Virus record (IMG/VR): IMGVR_UViG_3300029906_000002
Coordinates: 1 to 64,000 of that record
Reading direction: 5' to 3' (one strand)
From: a virus
Length of the DNA: 64,000 nt
Shown: positions 41,201 through 51,000 of the stretch, one piece after another
Position numbering within the stretch: position 1 is the first letter of the stretch
Layout: each line of letters opens with the position of its first letter
Position numbers and translations under genes: made by a program
Notes under the pieces: model-generated
What the model saw: the letters and a program-made list of their open reading frames with translations, nothing else
Databases searched by the model: none
Told to the model about the DNA's origin: nothing

Positions 41201-44200
41201 GCTTTACGATAGGTGGATTTGGAAGATTTTGTGCCGTCAATACCAGTCACAATCTCATCCATGTAACCAGATACGAATCCGTCAACACCTCCAACAGTAT
41301 TCTGATTAAAATCGTATGCCCTACCGTCCTCATCTGTTTCAAAACTGCTGTAATCTGGAACAAGTTGTTCCAAGTCTTCTATGATTTTGATGATAGGATC
41401 TGCTTCGGGTATGCCAGTAAGTTTAGATTTAATATCACTATAATCATCCAACACATACCTTACATTTGAAGCCATATTGTTGAATGCGTCATCATCTATA
41501 ACACTATCCTTGTTCTTTACTTCCATCAAACTGCGAATGGAAGCAATCATCTGCAAGGCGTGCTTCTTCACATCCTCATTGAGCGGACCATCGTAATTAG
41601 CTACATTGCGCAACGTATTCACGCTGTTGTTAATGTAGTTGAGGATATAGTTGTTGAGCAACTGTCTCTCGTATTGCTTCCGATTGATAGCAGTAAGCTC
41701 TTCATCCAGATTACCGGATGCGTCGTTTGTATTGAAGGATTCAGCATATCGCTTGTTTAGTTCCTTGGTATCCAGCTTTTCAAACTCTTCCTCGGTAAGT
41801 CCGAGACGGCGCATGGCGTTGCGGTTGAAGTACATCTGATAAGGCATATTGAACTCACGTTGCAGACGTATCCTCTTCTTCTCATCTTCGGGGAGGTCTT
41901 TGATTTCAGCCTCGGTAACATTGCCATAGTAGTAACCACCCGAATCAAGGCCGTCAACACCTGTACCTTCCTCGTTTATTAAAAGGTTGTTGCCCAAAGC
42001 GAGATTGCGTATATATTGGTCTACAAGCGAAGTGTTACCTTCCTTGCTTGCCTTATCTACCTCCCGTTGGAAATCAACAAGAGACTTACGTTGTTGGTCG
42101 ATAACTTGAAGCACCGAAGCATTCTTCTGCATCCTTGCGTAGTTATCCATGATAACCTCGCTGAGCTTTGGATTAACCACTTTCAACATAGCCATAAACT
42201 GCTCGTAATCCGTATTCAGGCGGTCCTTACCGCTTGTTTCCAAGTAAGCAGCATACTCTTCTACGGTAGCTTTTGATTCGTCCTCAGAAAGTTCGGAAAG
42301 TGTCTTTCCGTTACGGTACAGCGAATAGTTGCCAAGGTTAGCGAATTTGTTGCCTATGTTGAGGTTTGGTTCGGCTTCAAATACGCCCTTTAGAATGAAG
42401 TTCATGGCTTTCTCACCATTGATATAAGACTGCACCTCCGCACGTGCCTTATCAACCGCAAGCTGTGCATTCTCTACAGCCTTGTCGATATCAGGAATAG
42501 GACTGTCTTCCTTCTTGGCAGAATCCGTAGCACCGAGCTGTGATTTCTTTACCGCGTCATAGTTCTTATAGGCGTTAGTAAGGTTGCTCAATGCGTTCTG
42601 GAAATCGTTCATGTGAATGGCAGCAGCAAAGGACTTGTCTATGAATGCATACCGATAGTCGGGTAGTATCTCATTGAAGAGCTTGCTATCCGAGATATTA
42701 AAGCCTTCACGTTTAAGCATGATTTCATAGTTATCCATGATATGCCTGAACTCGTCCTTAATGAGCTTGTCTTGATTCTCGAAGGCGTTTCCAGGAACAT
42801 ACTGCAACGTACCGTTGTTATCATCCGTCTTGACTTCCTTCATGTTGCGCGGACCAAACGTCATCTTATCAAGAGCCTTCTCAATCTCACCACGCTTACC
42901 TTCGCGTATCTTGTAGAGCAAGTATTGCTGAGCTTGCTCGTTGTTCATGCTCTCAATCTCCTGTATGGACTTGAAGTTGGCAGCAGCGTTAAATACCGAA
43001 CCACCAAGAGCACCACCAATGAAAGACATGGCATAGCGGTCGCGCATATCATCCCAAGCAGTAAGAGGCTTGAATGCTCCATCAGTAAGCATGGCAAGTC
43101 CGTTGTTGATGCTCTTCACGAAGTCATAAAGCAGCTCTTCGCTCATCTCCTCGACACCTTCACCAAGACCGTTAGCAAGGATGGCTTTGGCAGTCTGTTG
43201 TCCATGATACTTGCCGCTTGCCACATCACTACCAATCTTCATGATGCGCTGGAAGAGTTTGTTTTTGCCTTCCTTGGTGAACATGGTGCCGTTCTTTTTG
43301 GCTTCATCGGTAATGCCCATAACCTTCTCAACGGCCTTCTTGACCATACGTCTATTGGCACGAAGTTCAGGCATTACCATTTCTCCGATACCTGTGCTGA
43401 GAAGTCTGTATTCGCCTACGGAATAGCCAAGGGCAAGCAAAGCTGCCTGCCAGTCCTCAGCACCTTCATTCTTGGCAGCATCATAGCTGTCAATAGTGGT
43501 GATACCTGTCATATAACCCTTAGACAAGATTTCGCCTATGCGTTGCGCTCCTTTCTGGTAAGCCGTGATATCATGAAGCGTCTTGGTGTACACATATTGG
43601 TCTACAAAGCTCTTCATACCCATACCCGTAGGACCTATCTCCCTAAGAACAAAATTGGGGTCTTTGGTTTTCTTCATGATTTCCGAGAGATGTTTATCTC
43701 TCATCTGCTTGGAAAGTTCAGCAATTTTATCGGGATTCATGCCTTGTTTGTAACCGAACAGCTTGGGTACGTTCTCGAACAAGTAGCGTTGCTGGGCAAG
43801 CTGCAAATACACCTGGCTGCCCAATCCAAGGAAATTCTCCATAGTCCACACGCTCTCTTGGGAGTGGTCGGATACGCTCATATCGAACTGTTTCAAGAAA
43901 CCATCCATGTTATTCAACCAACCCACATCCGAACCGGCAAGAATCTTGCCTAATCCGGTCATCAGCTTCATGGCTTGTAATCCTGTGGACACGCCGAGGT
44001 ATGCAGCAGCAACAGGACCTCCTACAAGAGCGGGTACTACCATGGCAAGATTCTTGAATAATGACCCTGCTACTGATTTCTCTTTGTCATCACTATCAAA
44101 GAAATCATATCGGTTCAACCAACTATCCTCCTTGGTCAATGTATCAAAGAAGCCGACTACTTGTTTATCATATACCGGGTTGCCGTTCAGGCGTTCCGTG

Positions 44201-44853
44201 TAGTAAGTACCATTCGGTCCAATCTTCCATTCCCCAGCCTGCTTCTCTCCGCGTTGTACTTCAGGGTCGTATTCGGAGTAGGTAGCATATACTCTTGGAT
44301 TGAAGATATTCTCAAACCAATGCTGTCCGAACCATTCTTCAGGACTTTCTTCCCATTCGCCTGTTTCACTGTTGTAGGTCTGGCTCATCTGTGCAAGCTC
44401 CCTCATGGAATACTTGCCTTCAGTAACCTTTCCTATTCCAGCTATACCCATCTTCTTTCTATCGGGATTAGGCGGCAAACCATTCTCTCCATACTCGGTT
44501 TCAATGGTGGTATCGCTTATGCTTGTATCGTATTTAGGATTCTCGAAACTGAGAGCAAACAATGAACCAGGTTGGAACTCAAATTCCTTTGCTATCTGTT
44601 TGTTCATGTCCGTCTCCGCCATTTCGTATAGCATCGAATTGGCTATGTTGTAGGCATCCTTCAGTTTCTGCTCATTAAACTTTCCATCAACCGTGAATGC
44701 TTTCTGAATCTCTTCGTTGTTCCGATAGGTTTCGTATGGGAGTATGCTCGTGTTTGTCTCATCCAATCCTACATCCATGAAGTCAAGCGTGGTGTAGGTT
44801 GGATTTGAAATCACATTAAGAAGCATATCGTTTTTCTTTTGTTCGGTAGGCAT
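35263..44853 (-). CDS. Giant virion/ejected protein with SF1 helicase domain and N-terminal membrane-active segments
   Basis: Walker A GIPGSGKT, Walker B ILLIDE, FGDEDQ, TQGLE, YTVTSR; Gly/Ala-rich hydrophobic helices and GEGVEE near the N-terminus. Confidence 0.8.
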   Translation of the reverse strand: MPTEQKKNDMLLNVISNPTYTTLDFMDVGLDETNTSILPYETYRNNEEIQKAFTVDGKFNEQKLKDAYNIANSMLYEMAETDMNKQIAKEFEFQPGSLFALSFENPKYDTSISDTTIETEYGENGLPPNPDRKKMGIAGIGKVTEGKYSMRELAQMSQTYNSETGEWEESPEEWFGQHWFENIFNPRVYATYSEYDPEVQRGEKQAGEWKIGPNGTYYTERLNGNPVYDKQVVGFFDTLTKEDSWLNRYDFFDSDDKEKSVAGSLFKNLAMVVPALVGGPVAAAYLGVSTGLQAMKLMTGLGKILAGSDVGWLNNMDGFLKQFDMSVSDHSQESVWTMENFLGLGSQVYLQLAQQRYLFENVPKLFGYKQGMNPDKIAELSKQMRDKHLSEIMKKTKDPNFVLREIGPTGMGMKSFVDQYVYTKTLHDITAYQKGAQRIGEILSKGYMTGITTIDSYDAAKNEGAEDWQAALLALGYSVGEYRLLSTGIGEMVMPELRANRRMVKKAVEKVMGITDEAKKNGTMFTKEGKNKLFQRIMKIGSDVASGKYHGQQTAKAILANGLGEGVEEMSEELLYDFVKSINNGLAMLTDGAFKPLTAWDDMRDRYAMSFIGGALGGSVFNAAANFKSIQEIESMNNEQAQQYLLYKIREGKRGEIEKALDKMTFGPRNMKEVKTDDNNGTLQYVPGNAFENQDKLIKDEFRHIMDNYEIMLKREGFNISDSKLFNEILPDYRYAFIDKSFAAAIHMNDFQNALSNLTNAYKNYDAVKKSQLGATDSAKKEDSPIPDIDKAVENAQLAVDKARAEVQSYINGEKAMNFILKGVFEAEPNLNIGNKFANLGNYSLYRNGKTLSELSEDESKATVEEYAAYLETSGKDRLNTDYEQFMAMLKVVNPKLSEVIMDNYARMQKNASVLQVIDQQRKSLVDFQREVDKASKEGNTSLVDQYIRNLALGNNLLINEEGTGVDGLDSGGYYYGNVTEAEIKDLPEDEKKRIRLQREFNMPYQMYFNRNAMRRLGLTEEEFEKLDTKELNKRYAESFNTNDASGNLDEELTAINRKQYERQLLNNYILNYINNSVNTLRNVANYDGPLNEDVKKHALQMIASIRSLMEVKNKDSVIDDDAFNNMASNVRYVLDDYSDIKSKLTGIPEADPIIKIIEDLEQLVPDYSSFETDEDGRAYDFNQNTVGGVDGFVSGYMDEIVTGIDGTKSSKSTYRKANINASITGLNSSIARIKELVSVLTSISNEDKKKINDTLDGIKTGLANIKDTANKIKSIPLFNNSDTLNELVDIESKISSKKTTPIYELLDNFQIDDKRTKATDVIKNMENKLAAASTSPQSFVITDSEMEQLDNLENEIHHIIAAIYASSEDTSSSTNPFGFVNSYNALMKDTEGFKPMNLLKRKDAEPMTKELYEIIRKIQVYRKISSVNSENKLNENPKIEMNKAVLSYDAIADFVNKMSTIDKDKVSKIQTLLDEVETKELMDKYRSLRNNNRSMKPTDEDLKKTIRKIMDIEQAFHDAMVGNDGKPVDDALLIKVIDMYDPFVASIDTLNDQTKSFDANTKLWYLASLIASDPSSVSYAIMNAYKSLTGIAPTAQQVMSLKGLVSYMTGRDTYSRMSTLFKESILRKAESLIDKGKEGAKELFIKLGEMRLASPELRKIYDEYDDLKTNRPDEYNALKKKVLFFAANSKSFNIFDNMYWIGGIPGSGKTMGVAVTAIRALTAKDDGDVDVIQGGRTAVKDGIMVVSKEGVARNLSDNIKSHIGDDVNDVPIMDFEKFLERHFAISSRADFLKEENVGVDTASGGDFTLYSKVGTKTEDMPKILLIDEGTLLNQVEMDAINQLAAETGTLVIVFGDEDQMKQADNVPNVKDQNGIEYSSPDYIYAISESQFPHAPKIGSSMRTNNVQKDANMVTIKVAKEDVASTGKTPEFTLHYSHDNNGVYGEELAEKLDDSTLALKRMMDDVRKQREINPGNYEKIGVVASKATDRSLAYLKSLPDADSYFDFFDSPIQTQGLEHKYYIYIDETVLDDTLSNTGKNVFMDGLYTVTSRSKQYTLIVNSGKYNDHIKFVEDEKTAITQYDRTAIQSYNKKYTTMLDEIFKDKVKNGWKATQLKLQTKTTPKKSLPVPGGNPLASSVPTDPKVDVDDTDKDIPDNSSEGSGVAKELDVRLDSDGAKTDAGSMPMRTDGGLPAPPAGTEVDKTEGAVDKSDEDIKDANEQDLTKLFGSDPGYGVGIVYTHTVDTMGIGVEIDRPNKRIILNGFDSSGLNGIGKIIGLYEKIAGIGEKDSMLEDSGFEQNSFVIKFDNESDINNFIKLAHAYLMDTHVLMVAGKDSEHRSIVNKIDAIKERTKMFLKSIHKSVDEDAINKTVDNLFGGILDYYFVKTDTVESKPDVLFQYNANLEKVFDSKMNTVQDDAGNELTAKMPRARLSAVFSYDGYIVLSIPLFNFENPFSKIKQNGFENVIDWASKIVDGGIPSDADTKTIAEFILYLNDGEDASVSKSVKLHDDTGRGLMLLYDPYNKFIDGKEYKDVPKKIELLLRLYRVYDLYGGNSLKLNKIAVEHALETAKVSGPAMRYRDAGGFYEANREYQYIRKPVNLDEMDSEGILDMSDIMILQKDKNVGGTTIKAGIPFIITGYGTNLSNSGNALMEYLNQFTTGVDKGLRLYYVNNPRIPIDQFFGKLKNIITSDSGKLSERDKLIGNIYTAYRLLERLYTDDKGAFSNPSNLRDNQQMITPEEMGSSDNISKIHEFAKWLIEEGSKLSGKDFYEFVFNNSSYINMALLKLAYNMDIYGRIEFDSPIDSKLINTLKNKGIGYIFLNAAKSGKSWSNVNGVNYSTVTTSSRNRFSIEIEGESYSFTVFGKIESPILAIQYYDILDQIYKMDFGRLTKEYSKREYYIKRNRSPFEWGLYRNTDGIVEDDSDGGVDTDSGTGGTDTGGSKLEITAFNAADNAVAVPQDIIDNFKFDGDENLHIDIVNDPDKGDYVIIAQKGGDNKVNLYYIPDKIASTNENTDESSDDIKSKLNDAYDKKGVVELYSKDKKYTITFMDDGSINTHYQDIEKSSELLSEDLKSVTDVLMSDKNKENFKRFVDNADDANELDRMFGVTTDVGNFAKILGNAIKNPSKENLTTLIEHIKDSVNDDGSDSVADDYNIVYTVYGDSTNNELASDEAKSISELIDIVLGNKSNQCSR

Positions 44854-45067
44854 TGCTGTATTCTTATATGTACGACGACAAAATTAGCTGGTTTAGACGA
44901 GCTATACAAATAGATAGCAATGTATTAAGTTTATTGCTATATAAAGGCAAAATAGATTTACTCCATACATTTTTTGCACTTTATGTATTTATAGCCATAC
45001 ATATTAATTATGATTGTTGCAATATTCTTTTATTACTGCAACATGTATGAATCCAATAAAAACAATA

Positions 45068-45097
45068 AAGCCTCACCAATATTTATTGATGAGGCTT
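45068..45097 (-). terminator. Probable terminator after the Bro-N gene
   Basis: AAGCCTCA / TGAGGCTT stem followed on the minus strand by TATTGTTTTT. Confidence 0.55.
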
Positions 45098-45116
45098 AAA
45101 TTTGATATCAGCAAGT

Positions 45117-45914
45117 TTATAATCTTACATCTTCGGGATCTATAATATGTTCATTACATAACATCTTATATATTTCGGCTTTTCCTTTTGGCGTAATCAT
45201 TATCTTGTTTCCTGGTTTATTCATATCATTATGGTCTTTTAGTTGAAACCATGTCGGCGTCTTTGATTTGTAAGGTCTGAGTGTTCCAGACTTATTCGTA
45301 CTTCTATAAAGAAGTCTACTGCCTATTAAGAAAGATGTAAGCGTCTCTTCTTTAATCTGGAGTTGGATTGCGAAATCACGAATTGATGTCATATATCCGC
45401 AATTCATAAATAGATCATAGAATTGCTCCTTTGGTTGCATACGTTTGTTGTCAGCTTCCAATCTCTTGTTGTCTTCGATAGCAAGTCTTAAAGCCTTTCT
45501 TTCTTTCGCCCAAGCTATAGCTCTTAATTCTTCATCATCATATTGATAAGAATTAGCAAGCATTCCTACAACATAAACACCATGCCTTCTCAATGAAGGG
45601 AGCACTTCATCACATACCCAATCTTGGAATTTCTCCGCAGATGGAAGTTTTGAACGCATAATCAATCTGTAAACATCTTTCTCTGGAATAAATTTAAGTC
45701 CAGAGACGTCTGGGTTACCGCCCTGAAATAGGGCGGTGGTGTTCTTGCAATGTGTAGATACTGCATTTCTTGGTTTCTTGTATCCAAGTATAGCTGCTAC
45801 ATCATAACCACAAAATAATGGTTGTCCATCTTTTGTAATAATAGTTCTTACTTTTCCGAATTCGGAATTTTCAAAAATCTCAATAGATTCATTGTTAATC
45901 AAATTATTTTCCAT
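45117..45914 (-). CDS. Bro-N / ANT-type phage antirepressor
   Basis: IFENSEFGKVRT...PLFCGYDVAAILGY...IPEKDVYRLIMRSKLPSAEKFQDWVCDEVLPSLRRHG; C-terminal KilAC/ANT-like region with ITPKG. Confidence 0.9.
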   Translation of the reverse strand: MENNLINNESIEIFENSEFGKVRTIITKDGQPLFCGYDVAAILGYKKPRNAVSTHCKNTTALFQGGNPDVSGLKFIPEKDVYRLIMRSKLPSAEKFQDWVCDEVLPSLRRHGVYVVGMLANSYQYDDEELRAIAWAKERKALRLAIEDNKRLEADNKRMQPKEQFYDLFMNCGYMTSIRDFAIQLQIKEETLTSFLIGSRLLYRSTNKSGTLRPYKSKTPTWFQLKDHNDMNKPGNKIMITPKGKAEIYKMLCNEHIIDPEDVRL

Positions 45915-45937
45915 ATATTTGTATAGTTAAATGGTTC

Positions 45938-46057
45938 AAAAAAGCAATCCCATCATTAAGAATCTCGCACATTCTTAAATGATGGGATTTATAATGAAGA
46001 GGTATGAACCTCGCATTATTCTTATATGTCTTGTCTATCTGTGCGAGAGATTGACAA
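45938..46057 (-). ncRNA. Structured leader RNA: three hairpins with complementary loops, ending in a terminator-like stem
   Basis: Hairpin 1 loop CUCGCAC (46041-46047) is the exact complement of hairpin 3 loop GUGCGAG (45964-45970); hairpin 3 has a ~18-bp stem followed by GCUUUUUU. Confidence 0.7.
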
Positions 46058-46059
46058 TG

Positions 46060-46090
46060 CAAAGATATGGATTATTTTTCTATTTACAAA
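46060..46090 (-). promoter_or_regulatory. Bacteroidota-type promoter for the leader/Bro-N unit
   Basis: TTTG (-33), 19-nt spacer, TATCTTTG (-7) on the minus strand. Confidence 0.8.
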
Positions 46091-46107
46091 ATATTCTACG
46101 AATTATT

Positions 46108-48018
46108 TTATTGATTCTGGTATAGCATATCCTGCAATTCATCGTTTGTAGCCACGTACGCAGCTCTATTCTGCCTTCTATCTATCATCATCAGCTGTAC
46201 CGGATCACCCGTATTCAGTTCCGTCTGAATGGGTGATTCAGTATTGGTCAACATCAGTTGGGCATTCGGCGTATAAGGAACATACAATACACCAGTAGCT
46301 ACTGAATCATCACCGAACCATGCCGCGTTGTCGGCTTCAACACCTGTAGCCTCAGCAACCCTTGCTGCTATGTTATCGTCATCAACCCTATCAAATAAGT
46401 CAAGATTGACATCCTTCAGATTCTCTATCGTGTTGTATCCAGTAGCCACAGAAAAGGCAACAAACTGAGCATATCCAGGCGTAATCACATTGCCCTTGTT
46501 ATCGTATCTGATATTGATACCGCGCTTGCTCATCTCATCGTTGACTTGGTTGTAGTTGTCGGCATTAACATCATTGATATGTAAAGCGCGCAACAAGTCT
46601 GATGCTTCTTGCAACTCGGATAATCTTGCGAAATCAGGAACTTTGGAACCATTTACTTCCTTGTATGGTAGCGATATAACATCGAACTGAGTATCGTTCA
46701 TCACAAACGATTTGAGGTCGTAGAACGGTACGTTTGCTCCTGCAAAGGATGCCTGGCTCCAGTTTAATCCAGCCATACCATACTTCTTATCGGTAAGCTC
46801 ACTAACATTGACGAATCCGGTCTTCTTGTCGGGTTCAAGACCAAGGGCAAGCGTATTAGCAAGACCATAGTAAGCATAGTTGCTATTCGCGCCATTGTTG
46901 ATGACACGCATGTTCTTTGCTCCCATGCCTTCAAGCATCCAGTGCTGATTGGTCATATCTGTCTTGATGCCATTTGCACCACCATCACCACTCTTACCGG
47001 ATTTCTTAGCAGCAGCCTTGATAGCCTCTTCCTCATAGTCTCTAAGTTGACTGATACGTCTTGATGTGTCGCGCTTGTCACGCAACATAATCATGTCGTA
47101 CAACGCTACTTCTGGTGATACCCCGCTGAGTTTGGCGCGGAGATTAATGAAGTTCTGCTGGTTTCTCGGCATCATGCGGATAACCGTTTTTAGTGCGGCT
47201 TTCTTCTTGGCGTCACTGATACCAGTAGATTTATCCGTTACCGAATATAATCCATCCGTAGCATCGCTCATTACCGCGCCCAAGCCTTCTACAGTATCCA
47301 TGACTTGACTTCTACCGCCTTGCTTGTTCACATAGTACTGCATCTCCTCGCTATCGGATTGCAGTTTGCTGAACACGGATTCTACAGTAGCAAGCACATC
47401 CTTGGAAGATGTGGCTTGTTCAGATGCCTCAATAAGCTCGTCGTTAAACGCTCCGTTTATAGCCAGTCTGCGATAGGACAATAAGTCGCCGTAAGTAAGC
47501 AATCGCTTGTCTTTAAGCTCATCATCCATGCTGACACGGCCAATAGAGCCATCTTCCTTTTGGTAGTACAGATTACCGTTTCTATCCTGTGCATATTCGC
47601 CAAGCGAGGATTTCTCCATGATTGCAGACTTCGCTTTGTTGAACATCTCGTAGTTCTGATTGGCAGTATCGGCAAGCTGTCTTACTTGCAAATACTTATT
47701 AGCAATAGAACCACCGATTTGTTGGGCCACAAACGGATCAAGTTCTGCTGCACGAATATCCCGCATCAGACTTGACATCTGTCCCATCACAATCTTACTA
47801 TCAGACGGAAGCATCTTCTTTAACAAGTCAGCTATGTCTTTCTGAGTGAATCCCACATTGTTGTCATCATCAGACGAGGATGTTGATACTTCCTGCGATG
47901 CAGCATACGATGCACCGCTTACATTGGGAATACCCATCGGAGTATAGGTAGCCAGATTAAGCATCGGGCCACCTGACTGAAACCTCCGAACTTTATTTGT
48001 ATCTCTTTGTAGGCGCAT
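46108..48018 (-). CDS. Putative virion cargo protein
   Basis: 636 aa, begins KVRRFQSGG, no Cys seen, located in the cargo cluster. Confidence 0.65.
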   Translation of the reverse strand: MRLQRDTNKVRRFQSGGPMLNLATYTPMGIPNVSGASYAASQEVSTSSSDDDNNVGFTQKDIADLLKKMLPSDSKIVMGQMSSLMRDIRAAELDPFVAQQIGGSIANKYLQVRQLADTANQNYEMFNKAKSAIMEKSSLGEYAQDRNGNLYYQKEDGSIGRVSMDDELKDKRLLTYGDLLSYRRLAINGAFNDELIEASEQATSSKDVLATVESVFSKLQSDSEEMQYYVNKQGGRSQVMDTVEGLGAVMSDATDGLYSVTDKSTGISDAKKKAALKTVIRMMPRNQQNFINLRAKLSGVSPEVALYDMIMLRDKRDTSRRISQLRDYEEEAIKAAAKKSGKSGDGGANGIKTDMTNQHWMLEGMGAKNMRVINNGANSNYAYYGLANTLALGLEPDKKTGFVNVSELTDKKYGMAGLNWSQASFAGANVPFYDLKSFVMNDTQFDVISLPYKEVNGSKVPDFARLSELQEASDLLRALHINDVNADNYNQVNDEMSKRGINIRYDNKGNVITPGYAQFVAFSVATGYNTIENLKDVNLDLFDRVDDDNIAARVAEATGVEADNAAWFGDDSVATGVLYVPYTPNAQLMLTNTESPIQTELNTGDPVQLMMIDRRQNRAAYVATNDELQDMLYQNQ

Positions 48019-51000
48019 ATTTGATTACTCTATTAAATTGGTTTACATTGTCTGAAAGCATCTTCATGTAGTTCATCCAACCCGATGAGGAAGCGATAAG
48101 ACGTTTGGTGTCGTCGCTCTTAGCCTTCAATTCATTTCTGAAGAAATTCTTCGACCATTCATCCATGCCTTTACGATTAACCTCGTAACTGGTCTTAATC
48201 TTCATTCCTTTCTTGGCGGTGAAGATGGGATTCACATAGTCGAACAGGCTTCTTCCTGCATTGGCGGATTGATATCTGGCTCGTATCTCGGCAGCTTTCT
48301 GCGCATATTCGGGAGAAGTCAGGTAAGCATTCCACTCCTCATCTGTCATATTACCGCGAAGAGCAGCCAACTCCTTAGCCATATCAGCACCGCTTCTTGC
48401 TATGTCGGCCTGCATACGATCGTTTGCCATCTGGTAACCTATGGCTTTCTGTTCTCTCATCCAAGGCCCCCAGATACCCGATATGTTATTAATACGGTTC
48501 TGTGCATTAAGTTGAGCCTTGGTGATATTGGCATTGTTCTCAGCAGCAACATTGGCATTTGCAGCGGCTGTCCATCGTGCCGTGTTGGCGTTCTCGTGCT
48601 CCATAGCTTCCTGTCTCGTCTTATAGAACCGTTCGCGGGATGCAGCATCACCCTTAGCTACCTCCTGGTTGGCAAGCGACTGTCCTTGCAATACGGCAGC
48701 AGCACCAAGGGAAGCATCGGCTGTCCCACGTGCTATCTTATCGGCAGTAGACATAATTTGTGCGCCACGATTACTTGCTGCACGTTTGGCGAAATAATCG
48801 TTCTCAACGGGTGTTTGTGTGCGATAAGCCGTCATCCTGTTAGGTCTGATTGCTCGTACCATATCGCGTGTAGCCCTGTTGTTGGCTCGTGTCTTAAGGA
48901 TAGGTTCAAGCATGTTACCCAAGAACACGCCCGCAGCACCAGCACCTTTCGCACTTCCTTCGCCACCCAAACCATCAGTAGGATCAAGCGTAGCACCGAT
49001 AGATTCTGTTTCTATGCTTGCGGGATCCGCGCCCGGTGTACCTACGTTATTCGGATTGATTGTCTGAGGGAGCGGTGTTTGCTTACCAATCGATCCTGGC
49101 TTAGGTTTATCGAAAGCAGGCATCTCTTCAAAGCCGTAGTAGTATTTACCGTTGCCAGATAAGGATTCAATAGGCTTATAGACCATTCCTCGGCGTGCTG
49201 CCATGTCGCGTATCTGCTTATAGATGTCGCTTGATTCAAAAGCCTTTCTATCTACATCACTGGCAGCATAACCCCATGTACGCAAAGAATTCATTAAGCC
49301 GTGCAGGTTGTCTGTATATCCACCTTTCGTATTGTCGCCCGTTGAACCTCTACGAGTAATGATACCTTTCGTGATAGCGTCCTCAATAGCCTTGTTTCCT
49401 CGTGCCCAGTTGGTGTTGTATGATTTCTGATGGGTGCCAGTTTCCGCATGTTGGTTGATATCGGTCTGGTCATAACCATTGCCAGATACATCTACAGCAC
49501 CTTTGTAAGTGCCTTGCAGATTCTTTGCCATGTTTATGAACTTACTGTTATCCCAATCCAACCCACCAGCATCAACACTCTTCAGAGCATTCAGCAAGTC
49601 TAATCCTGTAGTTTGTCCCCAAAGTGAATTGTATCCTTTGTAGTCAAGCGGAGAATCGGCAGTAAACGTGTTTCTTGTCTTGTCTCCAGATTGGTATTTG
49701 TAAATAACACCGCCATTAGCAAAACGACCAACAGGAATTACGCCACCTTTCTTAAATAACTCTCCATTTTTATCCTTTTCTCGTAATGATGCCAATAAGT
49801 TTTTATCTGTTATTTCTTCTAATTCATCGTTTCCGTTCTTAGTTTTATTAACCGCATAATACTTATTGGTCTTTTGATCTTTATAGATATTCCAGCCTTT
49901 TTTATCTGGAACAAATCTTGTTGTACCAGATTGCTGAGTACCTGCTTGTGGTGCAGGTGTATTATTTTGAGTAGAAGTATTCTGACTTTCGGTCGTGTTA
50001 CTCTTATTCCTACCTAATTTGCTATATATGTTTTTACCTCTATCTATTGCTTTTTTCCATGATTTTTCTCTATCAACTATGGAATTTGCAGTAATTTCGA
50101 CACCTCTTTCTTTAAGAGGATCGACAACTTCTCTTCTGTTTCCGAATCTACTCAACCACTCTCCGTATTTACCACCTGTTCCACGAACAGGACGGCCGCT
50201 TACATAATCAACAGGATTATATGTTCTCGGACCGGTAAACCAATCTCTCGGTCTCAAGCTATCATATCCCTCATTGCTATGGTCTATAATTCTTGTCGGA
50301 TTACCGTCAAGTTTAAAGTCATCTCCATATATCTCTTTGAATGCAGCCTGTTTGGCAGCCAACCCTTTTGCTCCAGCTATCTTATTCCATTCATCCGGAG
50401 AAGCAAGAACATCTACTTTCTTACCATTCTTGTCTTCAGCTTTAATACGATAAGTTCTTTCTCCGGCATTTATGCGGCTTCTGTAAGATTCACGTGCCAA
50501 ACGATTTCCTCTCATCACATTCTTACCTGCTGTGATTCCGCCAACTAACATATTGACACCATCAAGCAAGTCTATCCAGTCTTGAGATGTCATTCGATTG
50601 GTATCCGAAACAGCCTTTTGGGCAAGATGAATCAAATCGGGTACTTGATATGCGGCAGCGACATAACTGATAACAGGCAGTAATGCTCTTACTGATTTTA
50701 CAGCTTTTGCAACACCTGTAGCTGTTCCTGCAAACGGAACAAGACTTATCAAATCAAGACCTGCATTGATTCCGAAATTTCTCACTGTATCCCAAGCTGA
50801 CACGTCTTTATCAGCCCAGTCTGCAATAAGATTGGCTACGGTGCCACCGAATCCTGTTGCAGTTGATACCGGAGAGAATCCAGTAAATGCGGTTACAGCC
50901 GAAGTAAGATTAGCAACAGTGGCAGCTATTCTTGTCGCATCGGAAAAATCAAAACTATCCGGGACTTGGCCTGCGCTTGCAGGGCTTGATGGATTTGCAA

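Noticed and set aside
42742-43953. Long plus-strand ORFs antisense to the giant genes (also 27083-28000, 39296-40012, 48269-49162)
   Set aside because: Shadow frames arising from codon bias of the minus-strand genes; no motifs or plausible starts.
44853-45050. 65-aa plus-strand ORF between the Bro-N gene and the 3196-aa gene
   Set aside because: AT-rich intergenic sequence, opposite to local transcription, no recognisable features.
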